From the human T2T-CHM13v2.0 reference genome, Homo sapiens, in NCBI RefSeq assembly GCF_009914755.1, contig NC_060941.1: DNA of 64,000 nt; one strand, written 5' to 3'. Each line of letters starts with the position of its first letter. The stretch's first letter is position 1. Position numbers and translations under genes: made by a program. The notes beneath the pieces are model-generated. The model was not told where the DNA came from and searched no databases. It saw only the letters and a program-made list of their open reading frames with translations. This document shows positions 42,991-64,000 of this stretch, one piece after another.

Positions 42991-44670
42991 GATTGGCTTT
43001 TCATTTCAGCATGGTCCCTGTGTCTCCTTCCTGGAGAATGGGTTGCTCAGTGCAGTGGCTGGAGATGGGCTGGGATGCGGGTGCCGTTGTCTAGGTGAGA
43101 GATCATGCTTCGGGGTGGAGTGATGGAACAGTTAGGGAGGTGGCGAGGACTTTGTGATACCATGGAGGCCACGGGTGAGGGAAGTAGGGACTCAAACGTG
43201 ACTGATTCGTGTCATGTCCCCAGCGGCTAGCGCTATGCTGGCACACCGTCGGTGCTTTACAGATACTCGCGGAATGAATGTCAGATCCCCAAGAAGAAAT
43301 GGGAACCTGGAAGTTCTTGGTGCTCTTTCTGAAGGCCCCTCCCCTGTGGGCCCCCTGATGGTCCTGGGCTTGGGCAGCCCCTCTTCTGAGGGAGGCTGCG
43401 GGGTTGTCTTGGTCGGGGTTATGTGAAGGTGGGGTGGGCAGCAGAGCAGCTTCCAGGGGCTACCTCCATCTTCTCTGTGTTCAAGCTCCACAGCCCCCAG
43501 GAGACCACGTGGGTGGTGCTGGGGAGCTGGAGAGGATGGTCTTTTGGGAGGGGCGCATTTGAGGGCTGCACTGTGAGCTCTGAGGGGGCAGCAAAGCCTT
43601 TCCTGAGCTCCCCAAGGCTGGTGTGAAAGCACTTTCTGTCTGCAGGTCGGTGTCCCAGCCCAGGGACGCTCCTCCATTCTTGGCATTTCTCTCGGGGTTC
43701 TGGGAGGGTCCAGAAAGGCCTCGCCCAGCCTTTGCGGTTCCCTTTCCTCTGGCTTCCACTCCACGTGCTGCCCTGCTCTCGGCACCTTCCCCAGCCGGGC
43801 AGCCTTTTAACGGATGGATTTTGGCCTTGATGGAGAGGGAAGCGCCTTCGATCTAAAAGCTTCCAAAAGCTTCTCTCTCCACCCTTCTGTCTTTCCTCTC
43901 TCTCTCCCTCATTTTCTCCTCTCCTGTTTTCTTTTTTTTTCCTCACCTGTGTTCTGTAAATCTGTAAAACAAACACACTTTAAAAATGTCACTTGTCTCT
44001 TCTATCTGCGGCCTAGAGTGGGGTAAAGCTGTTACCTCCCTTGGGAGTCGGCTTTTGAGCTCTGGGCATGAGTCAGCCCTGTTCCTGATGGCCGCAGGAT
44101 GATTGGCAGAGAATCCCAGGGTGGCTGCCTCATGGCCTGGGGCCTCGCCAGCTGGGGCTTCAAGGCTGTGACCCAGATAGGGAGGTGGGTGGCCCTTTCT
44201 GCCTATTCCCTGCTCACCTTCTGGTCCAGGGAGGGACCCAGAATGGACAGGCAGGGGCCTAGGACTTTAGCCAACCTTCGAGCAACAGCAAAAACTCTAG
44301 ACAGGCCCCTGTGGTTACCCACGTCAGTGTGAACTGTGGGCTCCTGTCAGCCTTCACCTCCGCCTCCTCTCTCTCCAGGGAGAGCAGGTGTGTCCTTTCT
44401 GGGCCAGTCGGGAATCTCTTGTTCAGCACTGTTGGAGGTGTGGGGGATGCATGGGGCACAGGGTGTGGTCTCCAGAAACTTCTAGTGTGCATTGCAAGTG
44501 AGAAGCATCCTCTTACGCCAGGACTCTGATTGGGCAGGGAATACTCAGCGTACTCAATTCCAGGCTTTGCTATGGGGCTGAGAGAACGCTCGCTGTGGGG
44601 TGCAGTGGGGCTGCAGTGGCCCTTTCATTCATTCTTTGCTTCTTCAATCACTCCTTCACTCTGTATGTGA

Positions 44671-45055
<385 letters not shown>

Positions 45056-45360
45056 TGACTAGCTGTGTTCCTGTTAGCAAGTCATTCAGCCTTTCCCAAG
45101 CCTCAGCCGACTCATCTATATATAAGATGAAAACATCACTCCTTGTCCTGATCTTCCTCACGGAACTGTGCTTGGCAGAGGAAGTAATCATACGCGTCAC
45201 AGCAAATTATGACACAAGTGTAAAGTCTTTCTGCGAACAGATATTTTTTGAGGGCCTTCAGGGTAGGAATGCTGCCCTTGACCCTGTGGGCTACATGGAG
45301 ATGGTCAAGACAGTCCCTGTCCTCATAGCCGTTACGGCCTGGCAGGCCAAATAGGCACAT

Positions 45361-45678
<318 letters not shown>

Positions 45679-46455
45679 AGATAGACACACGTCTTGGCAG
45701 ATCCGGCTGGAAGGTTCTCAGCATGCTTTCTCATGGGGCACTGATGCAACAGAGCCCCTGAGCACCTCAGTTCATCCAGCACATAGTCCCTGCATGTCCA
45801 CAGGAGCCAGGAGCTGTTCAGAGGCTAGATCGGTGGGCTTGGAGTACGTTGGAGGTGAGCAATGGTGAGGCCCGGCTACCCCCACCAAGTCTCGCAGCTG
45901 CAACCAGCTCCTCCAGCAGGAAGAGCCTCTGTGTTCTCTCCCTTTGGCAGCTCCTCGCATCCCACCACGTACACTCAGTTCTGGGTCTAGGGGCTGAAGC
46001 AGTGCCTTTTCACTTGGGTGATTTTCTGGCTGGCCTAGGAATGGCCTCTTCCTGTCACCATTTGGTTGAGCCAACTGGGGCAGGGAGAGGATCTGGGAAG
46101 GGGAGACAGAGATCCTGAAGAGGGCCCCTTAATTCTCAGTGGCTCCAGCTGCCTGGCGAGGCCACCCTCATGCCTCCTGGGGAGAATATCGCCGTGTCTG
46201 TGGATAGTCCCTTCCAGCATTATTGACATTGATGCATCATCTTGTCACTTAGGTGACCAGGGCAGCTGGAAATGATTCGGCAGGAAGGCCGAAATGCCGG
46301 CCTTTTCTCAGCCCTGATTCCCTGTGGCAGGTGCTGGGTTTGCCCCCTGGGGCCTCCTGCTCTGGGTTGAGATGTCGCATGAGAAGAGCAGAAGGCAGAT
46401 GCGGCAGGGCCTTCCCCACACCCCGTCCACTTTACTAGATGCCTCTGGACTCTGA

Positions 46456-46845
<390 letters not shown>

Positions 46846-47199
46846 TAAAAATCAGAAAACAGAATGATAGTCAGTGGTGCCCTTTGTAACAATCCAAGAA
46901 TGGGTTATTGGTATTTAACAGGATACTTTTGTAGGCATTTAGCGAAGCAAAAATAACTTTCTCTTAGAAAAACATAACGCCTGTCTCAGGCGCTTTCCCA
47001 CGCAGCTTTGCTTGTGGACTTCAGGTTTGTCTAGGTGGGTGTTTGCACGGCCCTTGAACTACCCATTCCCCAGCAGACGGCTTGATGAATGAGCCCAGTG
47101 GCTCAGCACACCAGAGCGGCAGGGGTCGGGGAGTGGGACTGAGGCCGAGGGATCCAAAGCAGCAGTGCAACAGGCAAGTCATCCAGGGATTGCCCCTCC

Positions 47200-47400
47200 G
47201 GGTCCCTCAGAATCCCAGCTCTGCCACTTACTTGCTGCAGGACCTTCCAGAAATCACTTACCGTCTCTGAGCCTCAGTTTCTTCATCTGCAAAATGGGAG
47301 AATAATTCTGTATCTACCACATAGGGGTGTTGAAAAGATTAAATGAAATAACGTACATAAAGAGTTTAGTATAGTGCTAAGCAAATATTAGCTGATATGA
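47200..47400 (+). mobile_element. MIR
   Basis: aatcccagctctgccacttact...tctgagcctcagtttcttcatctgcaaaatggg. Confidence 0.9.
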
Positions 47401-47419
47401 TGATGATGACGAATAATAG

Positions 47420-48403
<984 letters not shown>

Positions 48404-48449
48404 TAACAGACCAAATAGGTGGGGAAGTGGTTAACTCTGTCTCAGAGTT

Positions 48450-49545
<1,096 letters not shown>

Positions 49546-50007
49546 GTCTCCGGCTCTTGAGCAGGGAGATGAGGTCAGCCAAAGCACTGATGAACCAAAT
49601 TGCAGTGGTGATGAGCCGGGTGCCAGCTCAGCCGAGTCCTCCACCTCTTGGGGTCTATGAGCTCCCCATGTGTTACACATTTTTGAGTTCATTCAGTGCC
49701 AGGCCCTGTGCTGGGGCAGGCCAGTGGTCAGGGTGCGTGTTAGAGCCCAGCCAGAGGCCTCTGTTCTCTCTGGGTCAGAGGTAGGCTTGGCCGGGGGAGT
49801 GAGTTTCTGCTCATCACGTGGAGATCTTGATCACCCAGTGGAGCTCCCGGCGGCTGAGCCCTCTTTCTGAACTTTCCAGCCGTGAAATACTGCAGGGGCC
49901 ATGGCCAGATTCCAGTATGCCCCTGGAGGCTCTTGCAGGTATCTTGTCCTTTCTTTTCTAATGTCCCAGAGAAAGAGGCCAGCACTGGGAGGAGGCAGGA
50001 GGTTTGA

Positions 50008-50358
<351 letters not shown>

Positions 50359-50820
50359 TGCGCTGGGTTCTGTAGGTTGGGTTAGAGCATGCTGTTGAGA
50401 TGAGATCCCAGCCCTGGTCCCTGGGAGCCAAATCACTGATGCTTGGTTGCATGGCCATGGGTGGAACCCCTTGTTCTGGACACTCGTCTTCCAGGAATGT
50501 ACCACGGTCACAAGCAAGAAAGGGGAGGAACGAGGATGGGCCAGGTGCCCTGTCTCAGTGCTGGAAAACAGCTCCATGCATTTGTCTTTCTAATGAGTGA
50601 GAATAACATTATTATAGTAATTGAATAGACCAGGCAGATTTACCCTGAAATGCTGTAGTCTGTCCCCATTGAAACTGTTATTTAGTTTGAACCAATGATG
50701 GAAGCTCCTAATCCATTATGTCACCAAGTAATCTTATTCAGAAGAGTTAAGACTTAAGACACAGTCTTAGAGCGGAGTGGAGCAGTGGCTTAGCTGGAAG
50801 GCCGGTTGGCTCTGTGATAG

Positions 50821-51777
<957 letters not shown>

Positions 51778-51899
51778 TATTTTTCTACTTTTATTTTTTT
51801 CTACCACAATTACTTTAATAGATGGCCCCTCCCTACCCTCCCCCATCTCCGCCAAGCTTGCATCCATCAGATAACCTGTCAATTCCATTCTTTCCCCCG

Positions 51900-52670
<771 letters not shown>

Positions 52671-52679
52671 TGTTATGGT

Positions 52680-53208
52680 GAGACAACAGCCATTTTATTA
52701 TGCTCAAGTTCTGTGGGTGAGGAATTCAGCTAGGGCGTGTTGGAGATGATGGCTTCTCTCTGCTTTCACAACGTCTGGGGACCTCATCTTGGGTGGCTCA
52801 GATGGCTGGAGATGACTGCGACGGTCCACTGGGGCTGTATGTCCGGGAGCTGGGCTGTGTTCTCATAGCATCTACTGGAGCTGAGATGCCCAAGGTGGTT
52901 TCTTCATGTGCATGGACTGGGATGTTTGGAGCATCTGGGCATCTCTCTCCATGTAGCCTCTCCATGTTCCCAGCTGCAGCATTGACAGTCTCAGTCAGGC
53001 CTTTCACGTGCAGGCTTGCTTTCTCTGGAGCAAATGTTCCTAGAGGTAGAGGTGGAAGCTGTCCTGTGACTCATTCCTGAAAGTGAGGTAATGTTACGTC
53101 TGTCTCATTCTGTTGGTCAAGACTGAGTCACAGGGCCAGCCCAGATTCAAGAGGGGAGCACACAAAGCCATCAGCACCAAGAGATGCCAGCTTTGGATAC
53201 CAGCTGCC
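52680..53208 (-). mobile_element. MLT1 (F/G/H-like) LTR
   Basis: ttctgtgggtgaggaattc...agtcacagggccagcccagattcaagagggg. Confidence 0.7.
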
Positions 53209-53350
53209 AGCTCCCCTCCCCTTTCTCTTTCTGGGAACTTTCTTGGTCGGCTATTTGATCTTTTTTCTCTTCCCTCTTTTGTTTTCTGTATCTTTATGTT
53301 TTTGTTCTACTTTTTGGGAGATTTCCTCAACTTAGTCTTTTCATCATATT

Positions 53351-53678
<328 letters not shown>

Positions 53679-54334
53679 CCCTTACTGTCATTTTAATGGG
53701 CTTCAGAAGAAGTGGGATAATAAATGCGTGTGGTCAGTCTGACAGGTTCATCCTGGAAGTCTCAACAGGCTTCAGAATATCTCTATTTATATCTCCTAAA
53801 GGAAGTGAGGGTACATAGTTATCACTGCTGAAACATGATTTTTTATTGTGATAAATGTTATACATCCACACTGAATGAATCATAAGATGAATGCGCCTTT
53901 CCTCGCCATCCAGGTGAAGGGCGTTTACGGGCTGGGAAAATGCTGATAGCCCACACCTTGTGACTCCCGGCTTTTGTGAGTGGTTTCTGAAGCTGCCGGA
54001 GGCCGTGACCTTGTGCGCTGGCTGCCTCTGCTCTGACCATGACGCCGCTCCCCCCACGGAGGCCAGGCAGTGCCAGGCAGAGCCGCTGACTGCGCCCGGG
54101 AGGGGAACTGCTCTGTCGGCAGTTTCTGAGTGACGGAGTGCGTTTGAAGGGCTGGGTGCGTAGGCACCTGGCTTGGTGATTTCTTCAGCGCAGGGGAGGT
54201 GGAGCCTCTGCCACCCCCTGCTTGGCACGCGCTCTTCCCTGAGCACCGCCCTTCCAGCCCATCCCAGCAGGCTGCCTTCTCACCTCTCCTTCCCTGCCCC
54301 TTGGAGGGCTCCTGTTCATTTTTGCTTTATGAAA

Positions 54335-54803
<469 letters not shown>

Positions 54804-55699
54804 CTACATGCTGTCCCTGAGGGCCTCCACCCCTCCCGTGGCCTCAGCTTCCACCTCTGTTCTTGTTACACCTGTCTTTCTGCTTAGGTTTTAGTGCTGT
54901 TCTGATCCCATTTGGGTGTCCCAGGGGCCCCTGGCTTGCCGTGCGTCCAGAAAGAGAGCCTTATCATCTGCCTCTCGCAAAGCGACTCTCCTCCTCCGTC
55001 TGTATCACGGCTGAAGCGTCCGTCATTCTGTTTTCTGAAACCCAGGTTACTTGGTGTGTTTAGCTCTCGGCCCCCCCTTTACTTTCTGTCACCAAGTCCT
55101 CTTAATTTTGCTCCCGAAATGCCTTATGACTCTGACCCTTTCATGTCATTTCTGTGGCTGTGAGCGCAGTGGAGGGCAGCGCCCCTCGGCCCCGTTTCGG
55201 TCTTCCCCTGGCCCCTCCCTTCCAGCCGCTCCGTTCTCTCTCTGCTGCTTGCAGAGTCCTCCAGCAAAGCTCTGCAGGTCATGGGCACCCCGCCTCGGGC
55301 CCCTTGGCTTCCTCCCTTTGCCCTCGAGAGAGGGTTCAGCATGCGGCACCTTTTCCCAGCGTCCGCACAGCGCCGGCACTGTTTGTACTGTGTGTGTGTC
55401 ACCTGTCTCAGGCCCATAATGTTTTCCTTCAAGCGGCTCAGGTGTTACAACTTCAGTGGACTTGTTTCAGAAGGCACCTTTACGTCACTACCATAAAAGG
55501 AAAATCAGGGTGGCCTCCCACAAAGAGGGTCTCTGTCAAAGCTCAGTAAGTGACTGTTACAGTGAAGACCACCCCAGGTGCCCTCGTGGGCCTGCGGGGA
55601 GGCAGGCGTCCACTCTGGGAAGCCGTGGGCCATGGGAACTCCTCCCCAGCGGGCCCCTTCTCCTCCTCAGAGGCAGTGTAGCACCGTGGTAAACGCCAC

Positions 55700-56215
<516 letters not shown>

Positions 56216-57267
56216 CTGCCCTCCCCTTTTGCCAGCCTGCTGTGCCCTCGAATGGTGTGATGTGTCTCCTGGGCATTGCGACACTGGTGGTCTCTCCGTC
56301 ATGCTGGTCACGTTCCTCTGCGTCCTGCTTCTGTGCCCTCCCCTTCCCCGCTTCTCCCGTAGGTCACTGCTGGCCTCTTCTCTAGGCCTAGATCAGCCGT
56401 TGCCTCCTGTGCGATCCCGTAGCTGGTCTCCCAGGGAGAACCAGACCTCTCCTCCCTGTGACCTCATGGCACTTGATTCTGTATCTCTTGTTTCACCCCA
56501 TGACCCCACAGTCCATGTTTGGCACTCGGGTCTTTCAGGTGGGTGTGCCGTGCCTGCAGGATGGTTTTCTGCATTTTGCCCGGATCATTTTCTCAGATGC
56601 TTGTGAATCACACAGACGTCGCCTCCCACGCTGAGACACTACCCTTGGTCCCCAAGAACTCAAAACACACAAGAAGACGTTTGGCCACTGTCCCCTCCTC
56701 GCTCCCTGCTGTGGTACTTGGGCCAGGTGGAGCTGGCTTTCCCATGGCAGTGGGAAGGAGCACCGGAATGGGAGTCAGAGATCTCAGGGTTGAGGTCCAG
56801 CTCTCGTATTTTCTGACTCTGTGACCCCAGGCTCACATAGAACTCGGAATCTCTGCTGGCTTGGGTGTAAACCATAAAGCACGCATCAGTTCTAAAAGCT
56901 GCTTGTGCGGTAAAGGCTTATTTTCCCAGGGTGAGGATTTGCCCATGTGGGTAGATTGGTCCATCGCTCTGAGATATGTGCACGAGGGGGCCCCAGGTGC
57001 CCCCAACCACAGGGCTGTGGAGGGGCTGCAGAGGTTCTCCCAGGTGGTCTGCCCGTAGGGTCCTGTTCCTCCCGCCTCCTGCCCTTTTTCCTAGCCCTGG
57101 TGCAGTTTAGGACTTCAGGTCCTGTCCTCATCTAATGCACCTGGAGGGCAGCAGGAGTGTCTTCTGAAGCTGCAGCCCGAGTCTGGCCCGGGCCTCCCCT
57201 TGTGGCCACGTGCAGCCACAGGGTCCTGCGCAGGGTGTAGCCTGCAGCAGAGACTCCAGCCGGCTCA

Positions 57268-58548
<1,281 letters not shown>

Positions 58549-59114
58549 AACGGGGGAGTTTTGAATCACCAAAGGTCTAGAGTTGGTGCCCCAAATCTTT
58601 GGAATCCTCTCAGAGTATGTGCTGGGATGGGCTGTGACCCCGAGGTCAGCCCTGCCAGGTAGGAACAGGTGCGCAACACCTGCTCCTTCTCAAGCTACCC
58701 ATTCACTCCACCTGTTGGAGCCTTTTGTTCCTGAATCCAGTGTCCTCTTCCCTCCCCCACACTCTGCCAGGTCTGCTGGGCTCATGCCCTTTCTCCCTTC
58801 CACACTGGCCCCAGCACAGGCATGAGGGTCATCAGTGCCCGCATCTCCATGTCTGTCCCCTTGGGGCTTGGAATTGAGCCATGTGCATATACCCGGGGCC
58901 TGGCGGTTCCCACATGGCAGCTGGGCTCCCGTGTCCCTGTCTCCCAGCTTAGCATCCACAGTATGTGGGGCAGCGAGTGCCCAGATCTGAAGATGTCCCT
59001 GCCCCCGTCCACCTCTGCCTTCTGATCAGCTTTCTGCCTTGGCCCCTCCTCCTCCGTGCCCATTCTTCCCGTTGATTTGAGCCTTGGCAACAAGGCGACC
59101 AGCCATGTTTTTGC

Positions 59115-59255
59115 AGCGTACCAGGCACTGTGCTGAGTGCTTTCTGGGCCTTCCTCATAACGCCCCATGAGGCGAGGAGTAGTCACACCGTTTTACAGAT
59201 GAGGAAGCTGAGGCATGGAGAGGTGAGATAACCTGACCACACAGTGAATCAGGAG
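59115..59255 (-). mobile_element. MIR
   Basis: ttttacagatgaggaagctgaggc. Confidence 0.85.
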
Positions 59256-59299
59256 TGGTGCTGGAGTATTGATTAGCAGGAGTATTGATTAGCGATTGC

Positions 59300-60300
<1,001 letters not shown>

Positions 60301-60765
60301 TTCTTGTTCCTTTTGGTTTGGTTTTCCCGAGAAGCTCTTTGCAGCCCAGCTGTCTGTATTCCTCTAGCTTGGCTATTTGGAAAGCAAGAGAAAGCGTAGC
60401 TGAGCGTGGGTGGATGGCTGGGAGCGGGTGTGGGGAGGGGATGCAGGAAAGGGGAGTTTCAGGCTTTGGGAGAACCCCGTGTGGAGGGGGCCTTACACCT
60501 GGCCCCAGAGCCACCTGCTGCTAGGTGAGTGTTTTTCCTGTGGTTGATTATTAACCAACGGTTATGATCCTGAGAGTAGATCCCCAGGCTAGAACTGGTG
60601 CTCATTTGAGATGCCAGAAATGTTTTCCAAGGCATTTAAACGGCCTTGGACTCTTGCTTCTGTCTCCACTTGGAGACCACATCAACATTTTATGAGTTAT
60701 AATTATCATCATCATCATCATGGTCTACATTGATATAGAACTTCATGTTTTATGTCACAGCTGTT

Positions 60766-61199
<434 letters not shown>

Positions 61200-62256
61200 T
61201 GAACCCAGGAATCCCTTGATTCCAAGTGTAGGGTGCTCTCCATAGCGATGTGTGAGACATGACGGTTGCAGTGACCTCAAGATGGTCTGAGGCAGAGCCC
61301 TCCGAGGGTGGGGAGGCGAGGAGCCTGCAGGCCTGGGTGCTGTCACAGGGGCTCCGCCAGGGGTCTGTCTAGCTCCGTCTGGGTGAATCATGGCCTTTGA
61401 CTTCTCAGCTTCCACTCCAGGCCCCTTTGACCATTTCCTCCAGAGATTTGCATTTGGCCAACGCTGGCTAGGACGCGTCCTGGTCTCCCTGAGCCTCCCC
61501 ATCTGCCCTTGGATCTCCTGTGCTTCTAGGGAGGAAAAGAATCCCAGAGCAGGGAACCTCAGTGCCATGTGAGAAGGGGCAGGGCCTCCAGGACTCCCCC
61601 AGGTGGCAGAGGCTCTCTGACCTGCCCTTCCAGCCTGCCCTTGCCACCCTTCTCTTTGAACTGAGTATGTAATCTTCCTCTTCTCTTCCTCTGGCTTCTC
61701 TCCATCCTCCTTTTCCCTTCTCTGCTTTCCAAGCTGTCCCCATCTCCAGCCCCTCCTCTCATGGGTACTTGTGGGTCCCTGGGTGGGTCTGGGGCCCCGC
61801 GTCGTTAGAGTTGCATGCGAGTATGGGGCTGGGTCGCTTGAGGGCTGCGGTTTTCAATCTCAGTGCCATGACATGTGGCAAGATAGATCCCTGTGGGTCA
61901 TAAAGAAGTTGTCACCTCGGCTAAGGATTTACCTTTTGCTTCTAATTAGAGCACATTCAAGGTTATCCCTTGATATAATCACATCACTTTCACCTCCTCG
62001 TGTGTGATATGTTTGCCTGAGTGGGAGAAAAAGGGATAAAACTGCATCAAGCACCGCGTCACTTAACTCTATCTTATCTCGGTGCCAGCTGGTGGCTGGG
62101 CTGGGCTGTGCCTGGCTGTCCTTGGGAGGGTGGCTCATGTGTAAATGTCATTGTCCTGGGGCAGGACAAGGCTGAGCATAGCTGATCAGAGCAGGGGTGG
62201 TGAGGCAGAAGCAGGATTTCATCTTCACTGTTTTTGGCTCTCTAGGCCAAGGCTAG

Positions 62257-62855
<599 letters not shown>

Positions 62856-63068
62856 CAGTTCAGATGTTTTTGAGGGTGGCAGTCATGCCTTCTGCCCACC
62901 CTGGCACCCCCTCTGGAGTCCTGGACACAGCGCTGGAGCTTGCATGAGGCTGGTCACCACTGGTGCTCATGTCTGCTCTAGCGCCTTCCAAGCTCCCAGG
63001 CATCATTTGGGAAATCCTTCTGGTCAGAAGCTGCCATGTGCTCCGACTTGAGAGTCTGCCTCGCTTCC

Positions 63069-63138
63069 TAGAGACCGGCCCCAGGAGCTTATCCAGTGTC
63101 CAGTAGAGACCGGCCCCAGGAGCTTATCCAGCATCCAG
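63069..63138. repeat. 35-bp tandem duplication
   Basis: TAGAGACCGGCCCCAGGAGCTTATCCAG(TG/CA)TCCAG x2. Confidence 0.95.
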
Positions 63139-64000
63139 GGGGAAAAGGCAGGGGAGAGGGGCTCAGCTCAGGGAGTGTTGGATGCTGCGCCCTTTTGACC
63201 GGGACTCAGGGCCTTGAACAATAATCATATGTGCCCTGGTGCCATGAGCGTGGACACCTTGTGCCTGATGGGGAAAAATAGACAGCATGACTGTGTGTAT
63301 GAGCGTCCAGTGACCGGTGATGTTAAAACCAGCTCTGTCCTCCTCTGGACTGTGTGTTTCTGGAGAGCCAGGGCTGCTGTCCATCAAGGTGCCTGCGAGC
63401 CATCTCCAGAGGCCCTCTGCTAAGCCCAGAGTCGCCCTATAGCATCTGGTGGGGGCTTGTTTTACTTCCCCTCCCTGCGTGCTTTTCCTTGCTGGGCTCC
63501 TAGCCTTACAGGGGAGCAGCTGTCATTCTCACCATGGGCCCGAAGAGGACCTGAGGGTGATGCCCTCCTGCTTGATCATTCTTCCTTTCCCCCATCATGG
63601 CTCTTAAAGGCCAGGCCCATTGAGGAGGAGCTGTGGCTGCTTGGGAGAGGGCCAGGTGGAGGAGGCGGTGAGCCTGTGCTGGACCCAGCTCTGTTGTGCA
63701 CACAGGCAGGTGAGTGTCTGGCAGAGCAGCCAGACTGGAGCCTACGGTGGTAATGTCCAAGGCCGTACATAGAAGGAGGCTGGCAGCTCTAGCTGAGAGG
63801 TAGCAGGAGCTGGTGCCTGCTTTTGTGTGTGTGTGAGAGTGTGTGCACACACCTAGGAGCTATCTCAGCCCTGCTGGTTTCTTGAGCCAGTTACAGCCTG
63901 GATCAGGCGGGAGAGTCCCCCCTCTCCAGCCATCAAAACTTACATCAACAAGGTCCAGGAAGAAAGAAAGAGGAAGGGAGATGGGGAGCAGGAGACAGGG

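Noticed and set aside
60410-60530. ATG-containing frame ending at TAG|GTGAGT
   Set aside because: The frame terminates at the TAG just before the donor, so it cannot give a coding first exon.

Overview
This is primate, almost certainly human, genomic DNA, not microbial. It is a largely intronic, Alu-dense segment: about 70 Alu copies by manual count, roughly 30% of the window, mostly on the - strand. Older L1/HAL1, L2, MIR, MaLR/ERV1 LTR and DNA-transposon fragments are interspersed. The one clear gene feature is a CpG-island promoter (~13.1-15.0 kb) with a + strand coding exon: ATG at 14353, peptide MSQPAGRRHCRKAGIRAAVVLIGLLHKSRRQNKEK(R), phase-2 donor AAG|GTAAAC at 14459/14460. From memory I recognise it as an alternative first exon of RAP1GAP2 (17p13.3) that should join the shared ...KQELANSS... 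exon. That exon is not visible in this window and the identification has not been database-checked. Almost all ORFs in the supplied track are Alu-derived or GC-rich artefacts. I find no new multi-gene system. The best leads concern N-terminal switching of this gene: (i) the basic amphipathic N-terminus; (ii) an in-frame NAGNAG acceptor that could turn the CpG exon into a 708-nt internal exon; (iii) a TATA-preceded, phase-matched candidate first exon at ~7966-8090. Smaller leads are a strong CTCF motif, a hairpin, an E-box/GATA composite and several unusual Alu rearrangements. Repeat boundaries are by eye (about +/-20 nt) and subfamily names are recalled, not computed.
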